From positions 8,397 through 72,396 of IMG/VR virus record IMGVR_UViG_3300031949_000022: a stretch of DNA of 64,000 bases; one strand, given 5' to 3'. This DNA comes from a virus. A model generated the notes under the pieces. It was given only the letters and a program-made list of their open reading frames with translations, did not search any database and had not been told where the DNA came from. Position numbers and translations under genes: made by a program. Every line of letters starts with the position of its first letter. Position 1 is the stretch's first letter. This document shows, piece after piece, positions 24,663 through 33,528 of this stretch.

Positions 24663-25147
24663 ATCCGTCCTCCGATCCTCTCCATGAGCGCGACCCTGCG
24701 CCGCGCCCATGCGGCGGTGCACCTTGGAATGCCACCTGCCTGACTGGCGAATCCCCCAGCGTCTGTCTTGCAGCGAGCCACTCCGTAGCGCCAATTGCGG
24801 AGCGCGCATTGAGCCCCGGCATCGAGACGAGCACCTAGCGTCGTGGCATCCCATGCGTCACGGCAGTGCCCGTGCACCTGCCAGGGGCCCCGGGCGCGGC
24901 CCTCGTCGCACTGAACCCCCTCGGGCATGTCCTGACACCTCTCCTCGAGGACGGCCCGGGCGAGCTTCGTCTCCGCGTACGCCTGGGCCGCCAGGAACCG
25001 ACGCTCGCGTGGGTCCTTCGTTGCCCTGCAGATGGCCTGGGCCACCGGCAGGCGGAGCGCGTCACGGGACTCCGGGGTCTCTTCGCGGTCCTGGTACCAG
25101 GTCGGCAGGAGAGCCCAGGCTGCGAGGATGAGGAGGGGGCAGGTCAT
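24659..25147 (-). CDS. Secreted Cys-rich protein (signal-peptide-like N-terminus)
   Basis: ORF track (162 aa). MTCPLLILAAWALLP... hydrophobic N-terminus. Confidence 0.5.
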   Translation of the reverse strand: MTCPLLILAAWALLPTWYQDREETPESRDALRLPVAQAICRATKDPRERRFLAAQAYAETKLARAVLEERCQDMPEGVQCDEGRARGPWQVHGHCRDAWDATTLGARLDAGAQCALRNWRYGVARCKTDAGGFASQAGGIPRCTAAWARRRVALMERIGGRI

Positions 25148-25473
25148 GAAAAAGTGATCTGCCCGTATGGCGGGCTTGGCAGGTGTCGACGCTCACATTG
25201 GGTGTTCGCCCAGACGGCGGCGCCGAGCACGCGATCGAACTCACCGAACGTGGCGGCGTCGGCGGCGTCGGACATGTTCCAGTGGCCCCATTCGTCGCAG
25301 GCCAATGGCTCCCCGATCATCCTGCCGATCATCCACCCGAACCGCGTCGAGACGATTCGCTCGGCCGCGAGCCAGTCGGTCTCGGCACGGGGTTTGGCGC
25401 TGCACTCCACCGTGTCGTAGATGATCTGCGCGACCTTGCGGGTCAGGTAGTAGGTTGCTGTCTCTCGGGTCAT
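25144..25473 (-). CDS. Hypothetical protein, paralog pair member 1
   Basis: Internal ATG (MTRETATYYLTRKVAQ...). Aligns with 26356..26706 (AERIV..W..RM.G.PL ... LP.PPYG). Confidence 0.5.
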   Translation of the reverse strand: MTRETATYYLTRKVAQIIYDTVECSAKPRAETDWLAAERIVSTRFGWMIGRMIGEPLACDEWGHWNMSDAADAATFGEFDRVLGAAVWANTQCERRHLPSPPYGQITFS

Positions 25474-25613
25474 CGTTTCCTCCAGTACTTCCCCCGCTCG
25501 CACCAAGGTGTCCGCGGGTCAGGCCTTCGCGCCGGCAACAGCCATCCGATCAGCACGAGGTAGAGCGCGACGGCGCACGCGATCGACAGGGTGTCGAGGT
25601 CCAGGTCAGGCAC
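25470..25613 (-). CDS. Possible small membrane protein (47 aa)
   Basis: Hand translation from GTG 25613: VPDLDLDTLSIACAVALYLVLIGWLLPARR.... Fills an otherwise empty gap and ends in ATGA overlap with the next gene. Confidence 0.3.
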   Translation of the reverse strand: MPDLDLDTLSIACAVALYLVLIGWLLPARRPDPRTPWCERGKYWRKR

Positions 25614-25827
25614 GCTCTGCCTCCGCTAGCCGCAGTTCGTCCTCGGTGACTCGCCATGGGCTGTTGACCTCGGTGTCCTTGAGCTTCCCCCGGTGCGGGG
25701 CAAGCCGGTGCACGAAGCGCACGCCCTGGCCATCCCATTGAATCTCGATGAAGCGCCGACTCCAGTGCCTGATTCGGCAGCCCACCGAGCGAGTGCCATC
25801 GGTCAGGACGATGTAGTGGTCAGGCAT
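25606..25827 (-). CDS. Hypothetical protein (73 aa)
   Basis: ORF track. Confidence 0.5.
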   Translation of the reverse strand: MPDHYIVLTDGTRSVGCRIRHWSRRFIEIQWDGQGVRFVHRLAPHRGKLKDTEVNSPWRVTEDELRLAEAERA

Positions 25828-26359
25828 TCACGATCCTCCTAAACGTGATGACGGTGACGAGCGGATTGCTTGACCACGGGGCGCGATGGCCGTGGAGCTC
25901 ATTCCACTTGTTGGCGAACGCCATCCATGGCGCCTGAGAGCCGTACCACTCGCAAAAGTGCCCCACGTACTCCTCGGTGATCCCCTCCGCGTAGACGTCG
26001 GCCTTGGGCATGTCGTGCAGATGCTCTGCCCGCACCCCGGTGACCTCGAGCGTGATGCGAGACGCCCAGCGGGGCATGTAGAGCGGGGAGCGCCAGAAGC
26101 AACCATCTGGGTGGGCCCACTCACACCGGTAATCCAGTTCCCAGTTTGGTGGACAACTATCTGCCCCGGAAAGCGATGCCATGTGCCAGTCCGTCAGATC
26201 GAACGGAGCGTGCAATCCCCAGGTTTCCTTCACCCAGACGTGATCCCCGACGGACCACTTGACCGGACGCTTGCCGATGAGCCTCCTGGTCATCGTCTTG
26301 CGCCCGGCGAGGATTGATCGCACGGATTCTCCGGTGAAAATCAGGGGTCTCGTGGTCAT
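25820..26359 (-). CDS. ASCH/PUA-like domain protein
   Basis: Internal ATG (MTTRPLIFTGESVRSILAGRKTMTRR...WVKETW...SPLYMPRWASRITL...). Pattern common in phage ASCH proteins. Confidence 0.6.
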   Translation of the reverse strand: MTTRPLIFTGESVRSILAGRKTMTRRLIGKRPVKWSVGDHVWVKETWGLHAPFDLTDWHMASLSGADSCPPNWELDYRCEWAHPDGCFWRSPLYMPRWASRITLEVTGVRAEHLHDMPKADVYAEGITEEYVGHFCEWYGSQAPWMAFANKWNELHGHRAPWSSNPLVTVITFRRIVNA

Positions 26360-26706
26360 CCTGTCCTCCCTACGATTCCGATTGTCTCGCCATACGGGGG
26401 TCGCGGCAGCCCGGAGAAGCACTCGCTGACGCACTGCCAGAACACGTACCATCCAAGGCGCGCATCGAAGAGGTCAAACGATGCGTCGTCTGAGATCTCC
26501 CAGCAGAGCCACTTCGCGAATCCGTCCTCGGGCAGCGGGTCGCCCATCATACGCCGGAGCATCCACTCAAGCTTCTCGTCTACGATTCGCTCAGCCTCGA
26601 GTTGATCCATCCGTTGGCGCGGCTCGTCGCTGAGCCATTCGACGTGTCCGTCGAGGACCATGGAGACCTTCCGCACCAGGAACTCGCGGGAGTTCTGACG
26701 GGTCAT
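26356..26706 (-). CDS. Hypothetical protein, paralog pair member 2
   Basis: ORF track (116 aa); paralog of 25144..25473. Confidence 0.5.
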   Translation of the reverse strand: MTRQNSREFLVRKVSMVLDGHVEWLSDEPRQRMDQLEAERIVDEKLEWMLRRMMGDPLPEDGFAKWLCWEISDDASFDLFDARLGWYVFWQCVSECFSGLPRPPYGETIGIVGRTG

Positions 26707-27236
26707 TGTCTCTCCTCTGCAAAATCGACCTCGACAAGTCCGTTCTTTCGCTCAGCAACTCGGCGAGAGATCGTGAGCACTCCGCCAATCCGTCGCATCT
26801 CCGCGACCAGCAGCACCTGCTCGTGTCGCTCGTCACGGGCCCAGTTCCACCCAGCTCTGACGACGCGCTTGGCGCGACTACCGGCCCAGATGAGCAGTCC
26901 CCAACCGTCGGGGAGGTCGTCGGCAGTCGCCAGTCCTTCGAGCGTCAGCAGGTACCGATGGCGGCCCAGCGTCTGCGGTGGCTTGCGTCGATTGGCGACG
27001 ACGTCCGCTCGCGACACCTTGGCCTCGACGACGGTGCACACGGTATCGACGACCGTACCGACCCCGGTACCTCTCCAGATGGATCGCCACCCGATCGCGT
27101 CCGGGATCTCAGCGAGGCCGGGGTGGGACGCCTCGCGCATGACGATGCAACACCGTTCCGTGCGGCTGAGCCAGGCGCAGGCGTGGCAGACCAGCTGGTC
27201 GTGGGTCAACGCCGCGTCCCTCGCACTACTCGCCAC
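26703..27236 (-). CDS. PD-(D/E)XK nuclease-like protein (MmcB-like, tentative)
   Basis: ORF track (177 aa). ...EIPDAIGW...VVEAKVSRAD... nuclease-fold signature. Confidence 0.5.
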   Translation of the reverse strand: MASSARDAALTHDQLVCHACAWLSRTERCCIVMREASHPGLAEIPDAIGWRSIWRGTGVGTVVDTVCTVVEAKVSRADVVANRRKPPQTLGRHRYLLTLEGLATADDLPDGWGLLIWAGSRAKRVVRAGWNWARDERHEQVLLVAEMRRIGGVLTISRRVAERKNGLVEVDFAEERQ

Positions 27237-27316
27237 AAGGCCAGCATGATGACAGTGAGCGACACGCCTGACGCACAGCCGAGCAGGTAGATGGCGAGGT
27301 AGGTGGGGTCTGTCAC
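27206..27316 (-). CDS. Possible small membrane protein (36 aa)
   Basis: GTG 27316 in GTGA overlap with the DUF1643 stop. Hand translation VTDPTYLAIYLLGCASGVSLTVIMLALWRVV.... Overlaps the next gene start by about 30 nt. Confidence 0.25.
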   Translation of the reverse strand: MTDPTYLAIYLLGCASGVSLTVIMLALWRVVRGTRR

Positions 27317-27852
27317 GGTCGCACCTCCGGAATCGGCACCGGAGTCAGGCTTGCCGGAAGGTAGAGTAAATGCGTCGGGGAACCGTCAGCGTTCAGCCGC
27401 AACGCGTGCGGGACGACCCCGGACGCGCGGAGCATGTCCAGCACCTCGGCCCCACGTTGCCCCCCGAGCTTCCCCCAGCCGCAGACGACGAGGTCGGAGA
27501 CGTGCGCCGCGTGCATGAGCCACTCGTCGTTTGCGGGACCGATTGCCTCCGGGTCCGGCGGTATCTTCCGAGGGTCGGTCTCGCGCCACGCACGCACGTT
27601 GACCGTCCAGCTCCACCCGTAGCCCCAGTCGGAGCAATACCGGAGCCAGCGGCGCAGTGTTGGATCGAGCTGCTCGGCCGTGGCGGTCGAGGGGTTCGCG
27701 CCGATGAGCAGAGCCCGGCGCTTGTTGGCGAGCCCGGTAGGCCACCGCAGAAGGTATCGATACCGTCTGCACGCCGAGAACTCGGCGCTCGGAGCGTCAA
27801 AGAACCGGTTCACTCCGTCGGCGTCGAAGAATTGGAGCTGACGGCGTGTCAC
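27313..27852 (-). CDS. DUF1643-family protein
   Basis: ORF track (179 aa). ...CRRYRYLLRWP...ALLIGANPSTA...LDPTLRR... matches the DUF1643 pattern. Confidence 0.75.
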   Translation of the reverse strand: MTRRQLQFFDADGVNRFFDAPSAEFSACRRYRYLLRWPTGLANKRRALLIGANPSTATAEQLDPTLRRWLRYCSDWGYGWSWTVNVRAWRETDPRKIPPDPEAIGPANDEWLMHAAHVSDLVVCGWGKLGGQRGAEVLDMLRASGVVPHALRLNADGSPTHLLYLPASLTPVPIPEVRP

Positions 27853-28196
27853 GCCAGCACCTCGTCCGACGCGTCTCCAGAATCTCCGAGGCCAACGGCG
27901 GACAGATCTGATGGCGTCAGCGCGTCAATGCTTCGGAGCAGGTTCGCGTACTGAACGGAGTGCACGCCGCGCGGCAGGGCCACCTGCAGGCCCCGGTTCC
28001 ACGCGAGGGCCGCCCTCAGCAGTGCCAGCACGGGTTCGGGGATTGTTCGCTGGTTCCAATCCTCGAGCCGTCTCCAGCTGCCTCCAGCGCAGCGACGTGG
28101 GGACGAGCACCTCGCAGACGGCACACCAAGTCCGACGGGGTCCTGGCATTCCTCGGCCGGAGCCCCGCAAAACGGACATGGCTTCGCGCGGGTCAT
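27849..28196 (-). CDS. Lar-family-like zinc-ribbon protein, copy B
   Basis: Internal ATG (MTRAKPCPFCGAPAE...C..C...LEDWNQR). C-terminal ...IDALTPSDL.... Confidence 0.6.
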   Translation of the reverse strand: MTRAKPCPFCGAPAEECQDPVGLGVPSARCSSPRRCAGGSWRRLEDWNQRTIPEPVLALLRAALAWNRGLQVALPRGVHSVQYANLLRSIDALTPSDLSAVGLGDSGDASDEVLA

Positions 28197-28204
28197 GGAG
28201 CCAG

Positions 28205-28567
28205 TCACGCCAGCACCGCCATCCGGTGTTCGCGCCAGAGAGCTACGGCCCCTCGAATGTTCTCCTTGGTGACCTCCGCATCGTCCCACCCGTCGGCGTC
28301 GAACTCCGTAGACCAGATGGGTTCGGTCGACGAGACATCAGTGCCCGGAGCGTAGACCTCCAGCGAGCCGCCATCCCTCGCTCGGTAGTAGATGGGGTGG
28401 CCGTCGGCCTCCCCGGTCCCTTGCACCGGGCATGGCCCGTAGAAGTCGATCGACAGGCCGGGCTCGTTGATGCCCCCGCAAGTGGCTGCCGCGTTGTGCC
28501 CTATCTCGTCGATTGCCTCGTCTGTCAGGCCGAGCAAGGCCTTCAGCGCATCGCGGACTTCGGTCAT
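28205..28567 (-). CDS. Hypothetical acidic protein (120 aa)
   Basis: ORF track; ATGA overlap with the integrase stop. Confidence 0.5.
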   Translation of the reverse strand: MTEVRDALKALLGLTDEAIDEIGHNAAATCGGINEPGLSIDFYGPCPVQGTGEADGHPIYYRARDGGSLEVYAPGTDVSSTEPIWSTEFDADGWDDAEVTKENIRGAVALWREHRMAVLA

Positions 28568-29826
28568 GGAAGCACCGCCATCTGGTGGGCCGCGGAGGCG
28601 AGGGCCCAGTGCTCGAGCGATAGTCCACCGGCCGCTACCGACTGTCGCGTCCCTGCGCCGAGTCTCCCTCCCGGGCCCCAGGTCTCACCGGGTCCAATCT
28701 GGGATTTTCCCCGGTGACCCAGGGCAAACCCCGCTATCCGAGGGGTAGCGCCACGGCTATGTTGGCCGATCTGGTTGACGGGAGTTGTCGCGAGAAGCGT
28801 GTCGGTTTCGGACACACTGTAGCGTTGGCGTATCGGATTGACCCCTGCCAGCTTGGCCTCGGCCAGGAGCCCGAGCGCCTCGGGTGTCGGCTGCCCGTAG
28901 ACCCGGTCAACCAGCGCCGAGGTCGTGTGGCCGAGGAGCCTGCGGACCACGTCTCTGTCGACGCCGAGCTCGACCAGCAGGGTCGAGTGCGTCCGGCGGA
29001 GGTCGTTCGGCGAGCACCGTTCGATGCCCGCGCGGAGGCACGCGGCCAACAGGGACTCGTGGACGTGCTTCCAGTGGGCGAGAGGGAGGTACCCGACGGC
29101 CCCCTCGAGCAGCGGTCGGTAGACGGAGAGGACCGGGAGCCACCGGCGGGAGCCCTGCGTCTTGGTGCCGCCGACGAACACGCGCCCGGCGGCGAGGTCA
29201 ACGTCGGTCGGGAGCAACCGGAAGGCCTCGCTCAGACGGACCCCGAGGGCCACGCAGATGGCCACCAGGGCGCCCCGGTGCGGAGGAAGCTGCGCCAGGA
29301 GCCTCACGACCTCCTCCCGCGTCAGGGACCGCTTGCGGGGCACGTAGGTGGCATTGAGGTCCGGGGGGCGGATCGTCTCGAGATCTCCAGCCCAGACGCT
29401 CGACCGCTTCGCGAGCCTGAGCAGCATCTTGATGTGGCTCAGCTCCTTGCCGATCGTCTGGTCGGCGACGCCCTCGGTCCTCCGCTGCCGAACATACGCG
29501 TCGACCAAGTCGGGGCCGACTTCAGCGAGCCGGCAGTCGTTCCCCCAGAGGCGAACGAAGTGCCCGAGCTTCATCCGGTAGATGCCCATGGTGGCCTCGG
29601 AGCGCACCGGAGCCTTGACCTCGATCAGTCGTCCGATCCACTCGCCGAGGGTCGCCGCTTCCGCGGCTGCGTGGGACGGATCAACGGCCTCGAGTTCGCG
29701 GCGCCTTCGCCAGGCTCGAGCCGCTGCAAGGCTCGTGCAGTGGGTCGTCCGCGCTTTCCTCGTGACCGGATCCGTCCGGACCCACCAGAATCGCCCGCGC
29801 CTGTAGAACCCGTCGCGCTCAGCCAT
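28564..29826 (-). CDS. int: Tyrosine recombinase / phage integrase
   Basis: Start moved to MAERDGFYRRGRFWW.... Catalytic-domain pattern ...GVRLSEA...(R), ...LRRTHST...(HxxR), ...LLGH..., ...VDRVYGQ (Tyr). The last ~90 codons have weaker coding signal. Confidence 0.85.
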   Translation of the reverse strand: MAERDGFYRRGRFWWVRTDPVTRKARTTHCTSLAAARAWRRRRELEAVDPSHAAAEAATLGEWIGRLIEVKAPVRSEATMGIYRMKLGHFVRLWGNDCRLAEVGPDLVDAYVRQRRTEGVADQTIGKELSHIKMLLRLAKRSSVWAGDLETIRPPDLNATYVPRKRSLTREEVVRLLAQLPPHRGALVAICVALGVRLSEAFRLLPTDVDLAAGRVFVGGTKTQGSRRWLPVLSVYRPLLEGAVGYLPLAHWKHVHESLLAACLRAGIERCSPNDLRRTHSTLLVELGVDRDVVRRLLGHTTSALVDRVYGQPTPEALGLLAEAKLAGVNPIRQRYSVSETDTLLATTPVNQIGQHSRGATPRIAGFALGHRGKSQIGPGETWGPGGRLGAGTRQSVAAGGLSLEHWALASAAHQMAVLP

Positions 29827-29972
29827 CGCTCCAACCTCGCTCTCGGAATCCGCCAGTTGCTCTCGCCTAGTTCGAATGCCCCCGCGTCCCGCATGATGCC
29901 CGCCGCCATCCGCCTCGTGCACTTGAGGACGCGCGCCACGTCGCCGACGTCGTAGACCTCGGGGTCCGTCAT
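29625..29972 (-). CDS. Excisionase-like HTH protein
   Basis: Internal ATG (MTDPEVYDVGDVARVLKCTRRMAAGIMRD...WRIPRARLERWL). The remaining tail is out-of-frame read-through over the int start. Confidence 0.55.
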   Translation of the reverse strand: MTDPEVYDVGDVARVLKCTRRMAAGIMRDAGAFELGESNWRIPRARLERWLSATGSTGAGDSGGSGRIRSRGKRGRPTARALQRLEPGEGAANSRPLIRPTQPRKRRPSASGSDD

Positions 29973-30394
29973 GAGCGCCGCGCCATTGGTCGGACTTCGA
30001 TGCCACACCCGATCAGCGCCAGATCGATCAGTTTCCGATCGATCACGCGCAGTCTGGCGGGTCCGTCTAGTCCCCAACCATATCCAGTGATATCAGCTAC
30101 CCGCTTGGCCCATCCGGCCTCGAGTTGCATGCCAGCCGACAGACCCACCTGCTCCCCGCACGCAATGACCAGTTCGCAGCGCTCGATCGCCGCTCGGTCG
30201 ATCTCGAGCCCGAGCTCCCTCATCGACTCGGGCCATTCCGCGGCCAGGATGATCCACGGCGCCACCGGTTCGATCAGGTAGCGCCCCGCGAGCCACGCGA
30301 CCCACCTCTGCGCCTTGAGTCGGTTGGTCTCTCGATCCGCGCCAGCCCCGAGGCGATGGGCGATGTAGCAGGGGATGAGCGACGTCACGCGCAC
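29969..30394 (-). CDS. DUF4406 / nucleoside 2-deoxyribosyltransferase-like protein (tentative)
   Basis: ORF track (141 aa). ...CYIAHRLGAG...N...ELVIACGEQVGLSAGMQLEAGWA... resembles DUF4406. Confidence 0.45.
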   Translation of the reverse strand: MRVTSLIPCYIAHRLGAGADRETNRLKAQRWVAWLAGRYLIEPVAPWIILAAEWPESMRELGLEIDRAAIERCELVIACGEQVGLSAGMQLEAGWAKRVADITGYGWGLDGPARLRVIDRKLIDLALIGCGIEVRPMARRS

Positions 30395-30600
30395 CTCGCC
30401 CGGAGCACGTGCCTGACCATCATCGCGATCTCGTATCCGGGGGGCTGCTCACCGACCACGAGCCACGTGTGCCGGCAGCCGGGGCGGTGGGTGCACCGGT
30501 GGACCTCGAGCGGGACTTGCCCGGTATGAACCTCCACGATGCGGTAGTGCTCGTGAGAACAGGCCTGCTCGGCTTCTGGGCGGCGGCGGAAGGGGATCAT
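30385..30600 (-). CDS. Hypothetical His/Cys-containing small protein (71 aa)
   Basis: Internal ATG (MIPFRRRPEAEQACSHEHYRIVEVH...). Confidence 0.4.
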   Translation of the reverse strand: MIPFRRRPEAEQACSHEHYRIVEVHTGQVPLEVHRCTHRPGCRHTWLVVGEQPPGYEIAMMVRHVLRARCA

Positions 30601-30602
30601 GC

Positions 30603-31298
30603 TCACGCCTCGGCCACGGTTTCGACAGAGACGTTGACGCGAACATCTTCGTGCGGATCGGACGTCGCATTCCCAGTCGCGGCGCGAGCTTCCCTGCACC
30701 AGATCTTCTGGTGGTGGTTCGTTGGAGCGTCACTCACCCGAGCCTGATCGGCAACGCCCTCGGCGTACATGTAGTCGTCGTACATGAAAGCGAACGACAG
30801 GTTCAGGCTGAACATGACGTCCAGCATGATCCCAGTCGGAACGTACGCTGGGTACGCAAGACGCTTGTCGAAGAATCGCTCGTAGCGCGACTGCTTGCCA
30901 CGGAACCGTCCAATCGCATCATCGACAGCGCTCTGCCCCTTGCCGATGATGGCGCCGATGTTCCGCTTGGCGATCGCATGTGGCAGCCGCACGGTGGGCC
31001 CATCGAGCACCGGGACCCAATGGCTGATTCTCGGAAGCTTGCTCCTGCCCTTGTGGTGCACCGCGTGGCAGAACAACCTCAGAATCAAGACCATCGTGTC
31101 CGTCATCTCGAGTTCGTCGCAGATGGGCACGTCGTCGTCTTCGATCCTGAGAGTTTCGCGCCAGAGCCCGGCAAGCAGGCCCTCGAGCCACTGGCGCCCA
31201 CGCTTTGCGCTCTTGAAGTCAGGGCACGACTTGAGGAGCTCGATGTCAGCTCGGTGCAAAGTTTCCAACGCTTTGAGTTGCTCGGATACGTCGTTCAT
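30603..31298 (-). CDS. Hypothetical protein (231 aa)
   Basis: ORF track; slightly lower GC; no motif recognised. Confidence 0.55.
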   Translation of the reverse strand: MNDVSEQLKALETLHRADIELLKSCPDFKSAKRGRQWLEGLLAGLWRETLRIEDDDVPICDELEMTDTMVLILRLFCHAVHHKGRSKLPRISHWVPVLDGPTVRLPHAIAKRNIGAIIGKGQSAVDDAIGRFRGKQSRYERFFDKRLAYPAYVPTGIMLDVMFSLNLSFAFMYDDYMYAEGVADQARVSDAPTNHHQKIWCREARAATGNATSDPHEDVRVNVSVETVAEA

Positions 31299-32275
31299 GA
31301 CTTCTCGCCCCTGATGACGGTGAGTGCCATCTGTTTCCCAACGGTGGTGTTCCCGTGGACGCTCTCAACTTCACGCCACGCTCGAAGGCTGATGTCGCGG
31401 CAGAGCTGCGCCCACGCTTGGTGCTCCGTCGGTCCGATGATCGACTTGAGCGGCCTCCGGGTGAGGAGGTGATCTAGGTTTCGGTACAGCTCGAACAGCT
31501 CGCGTTCGTCGCGCTGGAGCTTCGCCGATTCTTCTGCCACCCGTTCCTCGTGTGTCGACGGCGTGAGCATCGTCTTCGGCTTCTCGGGCTTGGACGCAAC
31601 GGCCTTCAGGACAGTGGGGTCAGCGATGGATCCGCCCTGACGCTTCTCCTCGGCCTTCACGGCCTTCGCCGCAGGAGTCGGTTTGACAGCCCCGCGGTTG
31701 ACGGCCGTCTTCAGTTCCTCGGGGACGCCAGGCGTGGTGAAGACGGTTTCGAGCGCGCGGGCCTCGTCGACACCGACACCAAGCACGGCCGCTGCATCGT
31801 CCCGGCTCTTGGAAAGTGTGGGTCTAGCCCCACACTTTTCTGCAGGCTCACGCGCCCCCTTCGGGCGTCCCATCTTCCGCTTCGTCCCACCCGCGGAGAC
31901 CGGCAGCTCCTTCAGTCGCTTGAACGCCATGGCGACCTCCGCCTTCGTTAGCTGCCGCCGATCCGTGTTCTGCCGGATCACGAACTCCACCTCGGCGCGG
32001 TAGTCCGGGAAGGGCGGGACTACACGGACGGGCACCAACTTCAGCCCAGCCTTGGCGGCGGCTGCCTTTCGAAGGTGGCCGGCCAGGATCGTGCCGTCCG
32101 CCTTGATCGCCAGAGGCTCTAGGACCCCTAGCTTTCGAATCGACGTCAGCAACACGTCGAAGGCGTCGCACTCTTCGGGGTCGCCGAAGATGAGCGAGTT
32201 TTCCGGGTGGCTCCGAAGGTCCGAGATCAACCGGGTGTCGCTCACGCTGCCTCCCTCGTCGCCACCAGCACCCAC
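31295..32275 (-). CDS. ParB/Srx-family protein
   Basis: ORF track (326 aa). ...LRSHPENSLIFGD...LGVLEPLAI..DGTILAGHLR... ParB N-terminal domain pattern. Confidence 0.7.
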   Translation of the reverse strand: MGAGGDEGGSVSDTRLISDLRSHPENSLIFGDPEECDAFDVLLTSIRKLGVLEPLAIKADGTILAGHLRKAAAAKAGLKLVPVRVVPPFPDYRAEVEFVIRQNTDRRQLTKAEVAMAFKRLKELPVSAGGTKRKMGRPKGAREPAEKCGARPTLSKSRDDAAAVLGVGVDEARALETVFTTPGVPEELKTAVNRGAVKPTPAAKAVKAEEKRQGGSIADPTVLKAVASKPEKPKTMLTPSTHEERVAEESAKLQRDERELFELYRNLDHLLTRRPLKSIIGPTEHQAWAQLCRDISLRAWREVESVHGNTTVGKQMALTVIRGEKS

Positions 32276-32282
32276 GCCTGAG

Positions 32283-32999
32283 TCATGCTGACCGCCCGAT
32301 TTCCGACCAGGCTAGGTCCAGAGCCTCCTCAGGGTAGGTGTGGACGCTTCCGAAGCGAGCGTCCGCCACGCTCCCGATGTGCCACCCGTTCGCCTTGCAG
32401 ACCGCGGTCGCCCGCTTCCCGACCTTCGTCGCCTTGACCGCGTCCAGCTTCAGCGCGCGGCGCTTCGACCATCCGAGCACGCTGTAGTAGCCGAACCCGG
32501 CGTCCTGGATGCCCTGCTGTTCCAGGGCCCGTTCGACCAGCACGAGGCGACTGTCCTGGGCCAGCTGGCGCTGCTCGATGTCCACCAGCGCTTGCGCCAT
32601 GGCGAGGGCCTGCTGGGCTGCTGAGGCCGGCTGCATTGCCAGCGACGGGGCCTCGCCCTTGACAATCGCTGTGGCCCACCGGCGGAAGTCCGCTCCCCGC
32701 TCGGACCTGACCCGGTACCCGACGTGGAGAGCCATGTCCTGATTCACGTGGCGGAGCTTCACCGACCGCGTACCCGACCCGTGGGCCACTTGAGCGAAGT
32801 ATTCCTTCGCGCTTGTCTCAGGCAGCTCGCTCTCAGCCAGGATGTTCTGTACGTGCTGCTCGATGGTCCTGCGGTCGACACCGAACAACTCGGCCAGCTG
32901 GGCGATTGTGACCCATGCCTGCCCGTCCTCAACCCGACACGCCAAGTCGATGCCGTGCTCTTGGTACCGTACGATGTCGCTCACGCCACCCTCCCGCAT
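32283..32999 (-). CDS. RhuM-family / antirepressor-like protein
   Basis: ORF track (238 aa). ...AWVTIAQLAELFGVDRRTIEQHVQNI...ALHVGYRVRSERGADFRRWAT... typical RhuM N-terminal region. Confidence 0.75.
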   Translation of the reverse strand: MREGGVSDIVRYQEHGIDLACRVEDGQAWVTIAQLAELFGVDRRTIEQHVQNILAESELPETSAKEYFAQVAHGSGTRSVKLRHVNQDMALHVGYRVRSERGADFRRWATAIVKGEAPSLAMQPASAAQQALAMAQALVDIEQRQLAQDSRLVLVERALEQQGIQDAGFGYYSVLGWSKRRALKLDAVKATKVGKRATAVCKANGWHIGSVADARFGSVHTYPEEALDLAWSEIGRSA

Positions 33000-33286
33000 G
33001 CCAACTTGAACAGCAACTCCCCCACCTCTTCCCCAACTTCCTCCTCCGCGTCGGCTTCCAGACGCCGGAGGCAGTATTCGACCAGGCTGCGATCGACATA
33101 CCAGCAGCGTTGGAGGACGGGGGCTAGTGCGTCGAGGATCTCTCTGGCGACCATGCCGTTGGCCGACTTTGCGTCCTCGAGATCACATTCGACATCTCGG
33201 AGTTCACCTCTGAGATCCAGAATCTCGGCCCCGAGATTCTGGACTTCGTCTTCGAGATCCCGGACTTCGACTTCCAGGTTTCTCAC
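32981..33286 (-). CDS. Acidic coiled-coil protein (101 aa)
   Basis: GTG 33286 in GTGA overlap. VRNLEVEVRDLEDEVQNLGAEILDLRGEL.... Confidence 0.45.
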   Translation of the reverse strand: MRNLEVEVRDLEDEVQNLGAEILDLRGELRDVECDLEDAKSANGMVAREILDALAPVLQRCWYVDRSLVEYCLRRLEADAEEEVGEEVGELLFKLACGRVA

Positions 33287-33528
33287 GCCGCATCGCTCCT
33301 CTCGACCCGCCGAATCGCCTTGAGCACCCACGCCGGAATCTTCGTCTTCGCGTTCTCCCAGTCGCAGAGCGAGTCCACGCTGGCACCAGCCCCGAGCCAG
33401 GCCGCCGCGACCGGCCTCGACCAGCCAAGCGAACACCTCCACGAGCGGAGCTCCTGGCTCGCCTCACGTTCGCATCGCCGACGATCCTCCGTTGTCAGCG
33501 GAGGGAGATATCGCAGGTTGCCCCTCAT
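33283..33528 (-). CDS. HTH (XRE-like) regulator, tentative
   Basis: ORF track (81 aa). ...LRSWRCSLGWSRPVAAAWLGAGASVDSLCDWENAKTKIP.... Confidence 0.5.
   Translation of the reverse strand: MRGNLRYLPPLTTEDRRRCEREASQELRSWRCSLGWSRPVAAAWLGAGASVDSLCDWENAKTKIPAWVLKAIRRVERSDAA

Noticed and set aside
29855-29885. GTTCGAAT sequence resembling a tRNA T-loop near the xis/int junction
   Set aside because: The flanking bases do not form a T-stem or acceptor stem, and the region is coding for the Xis-like protein.
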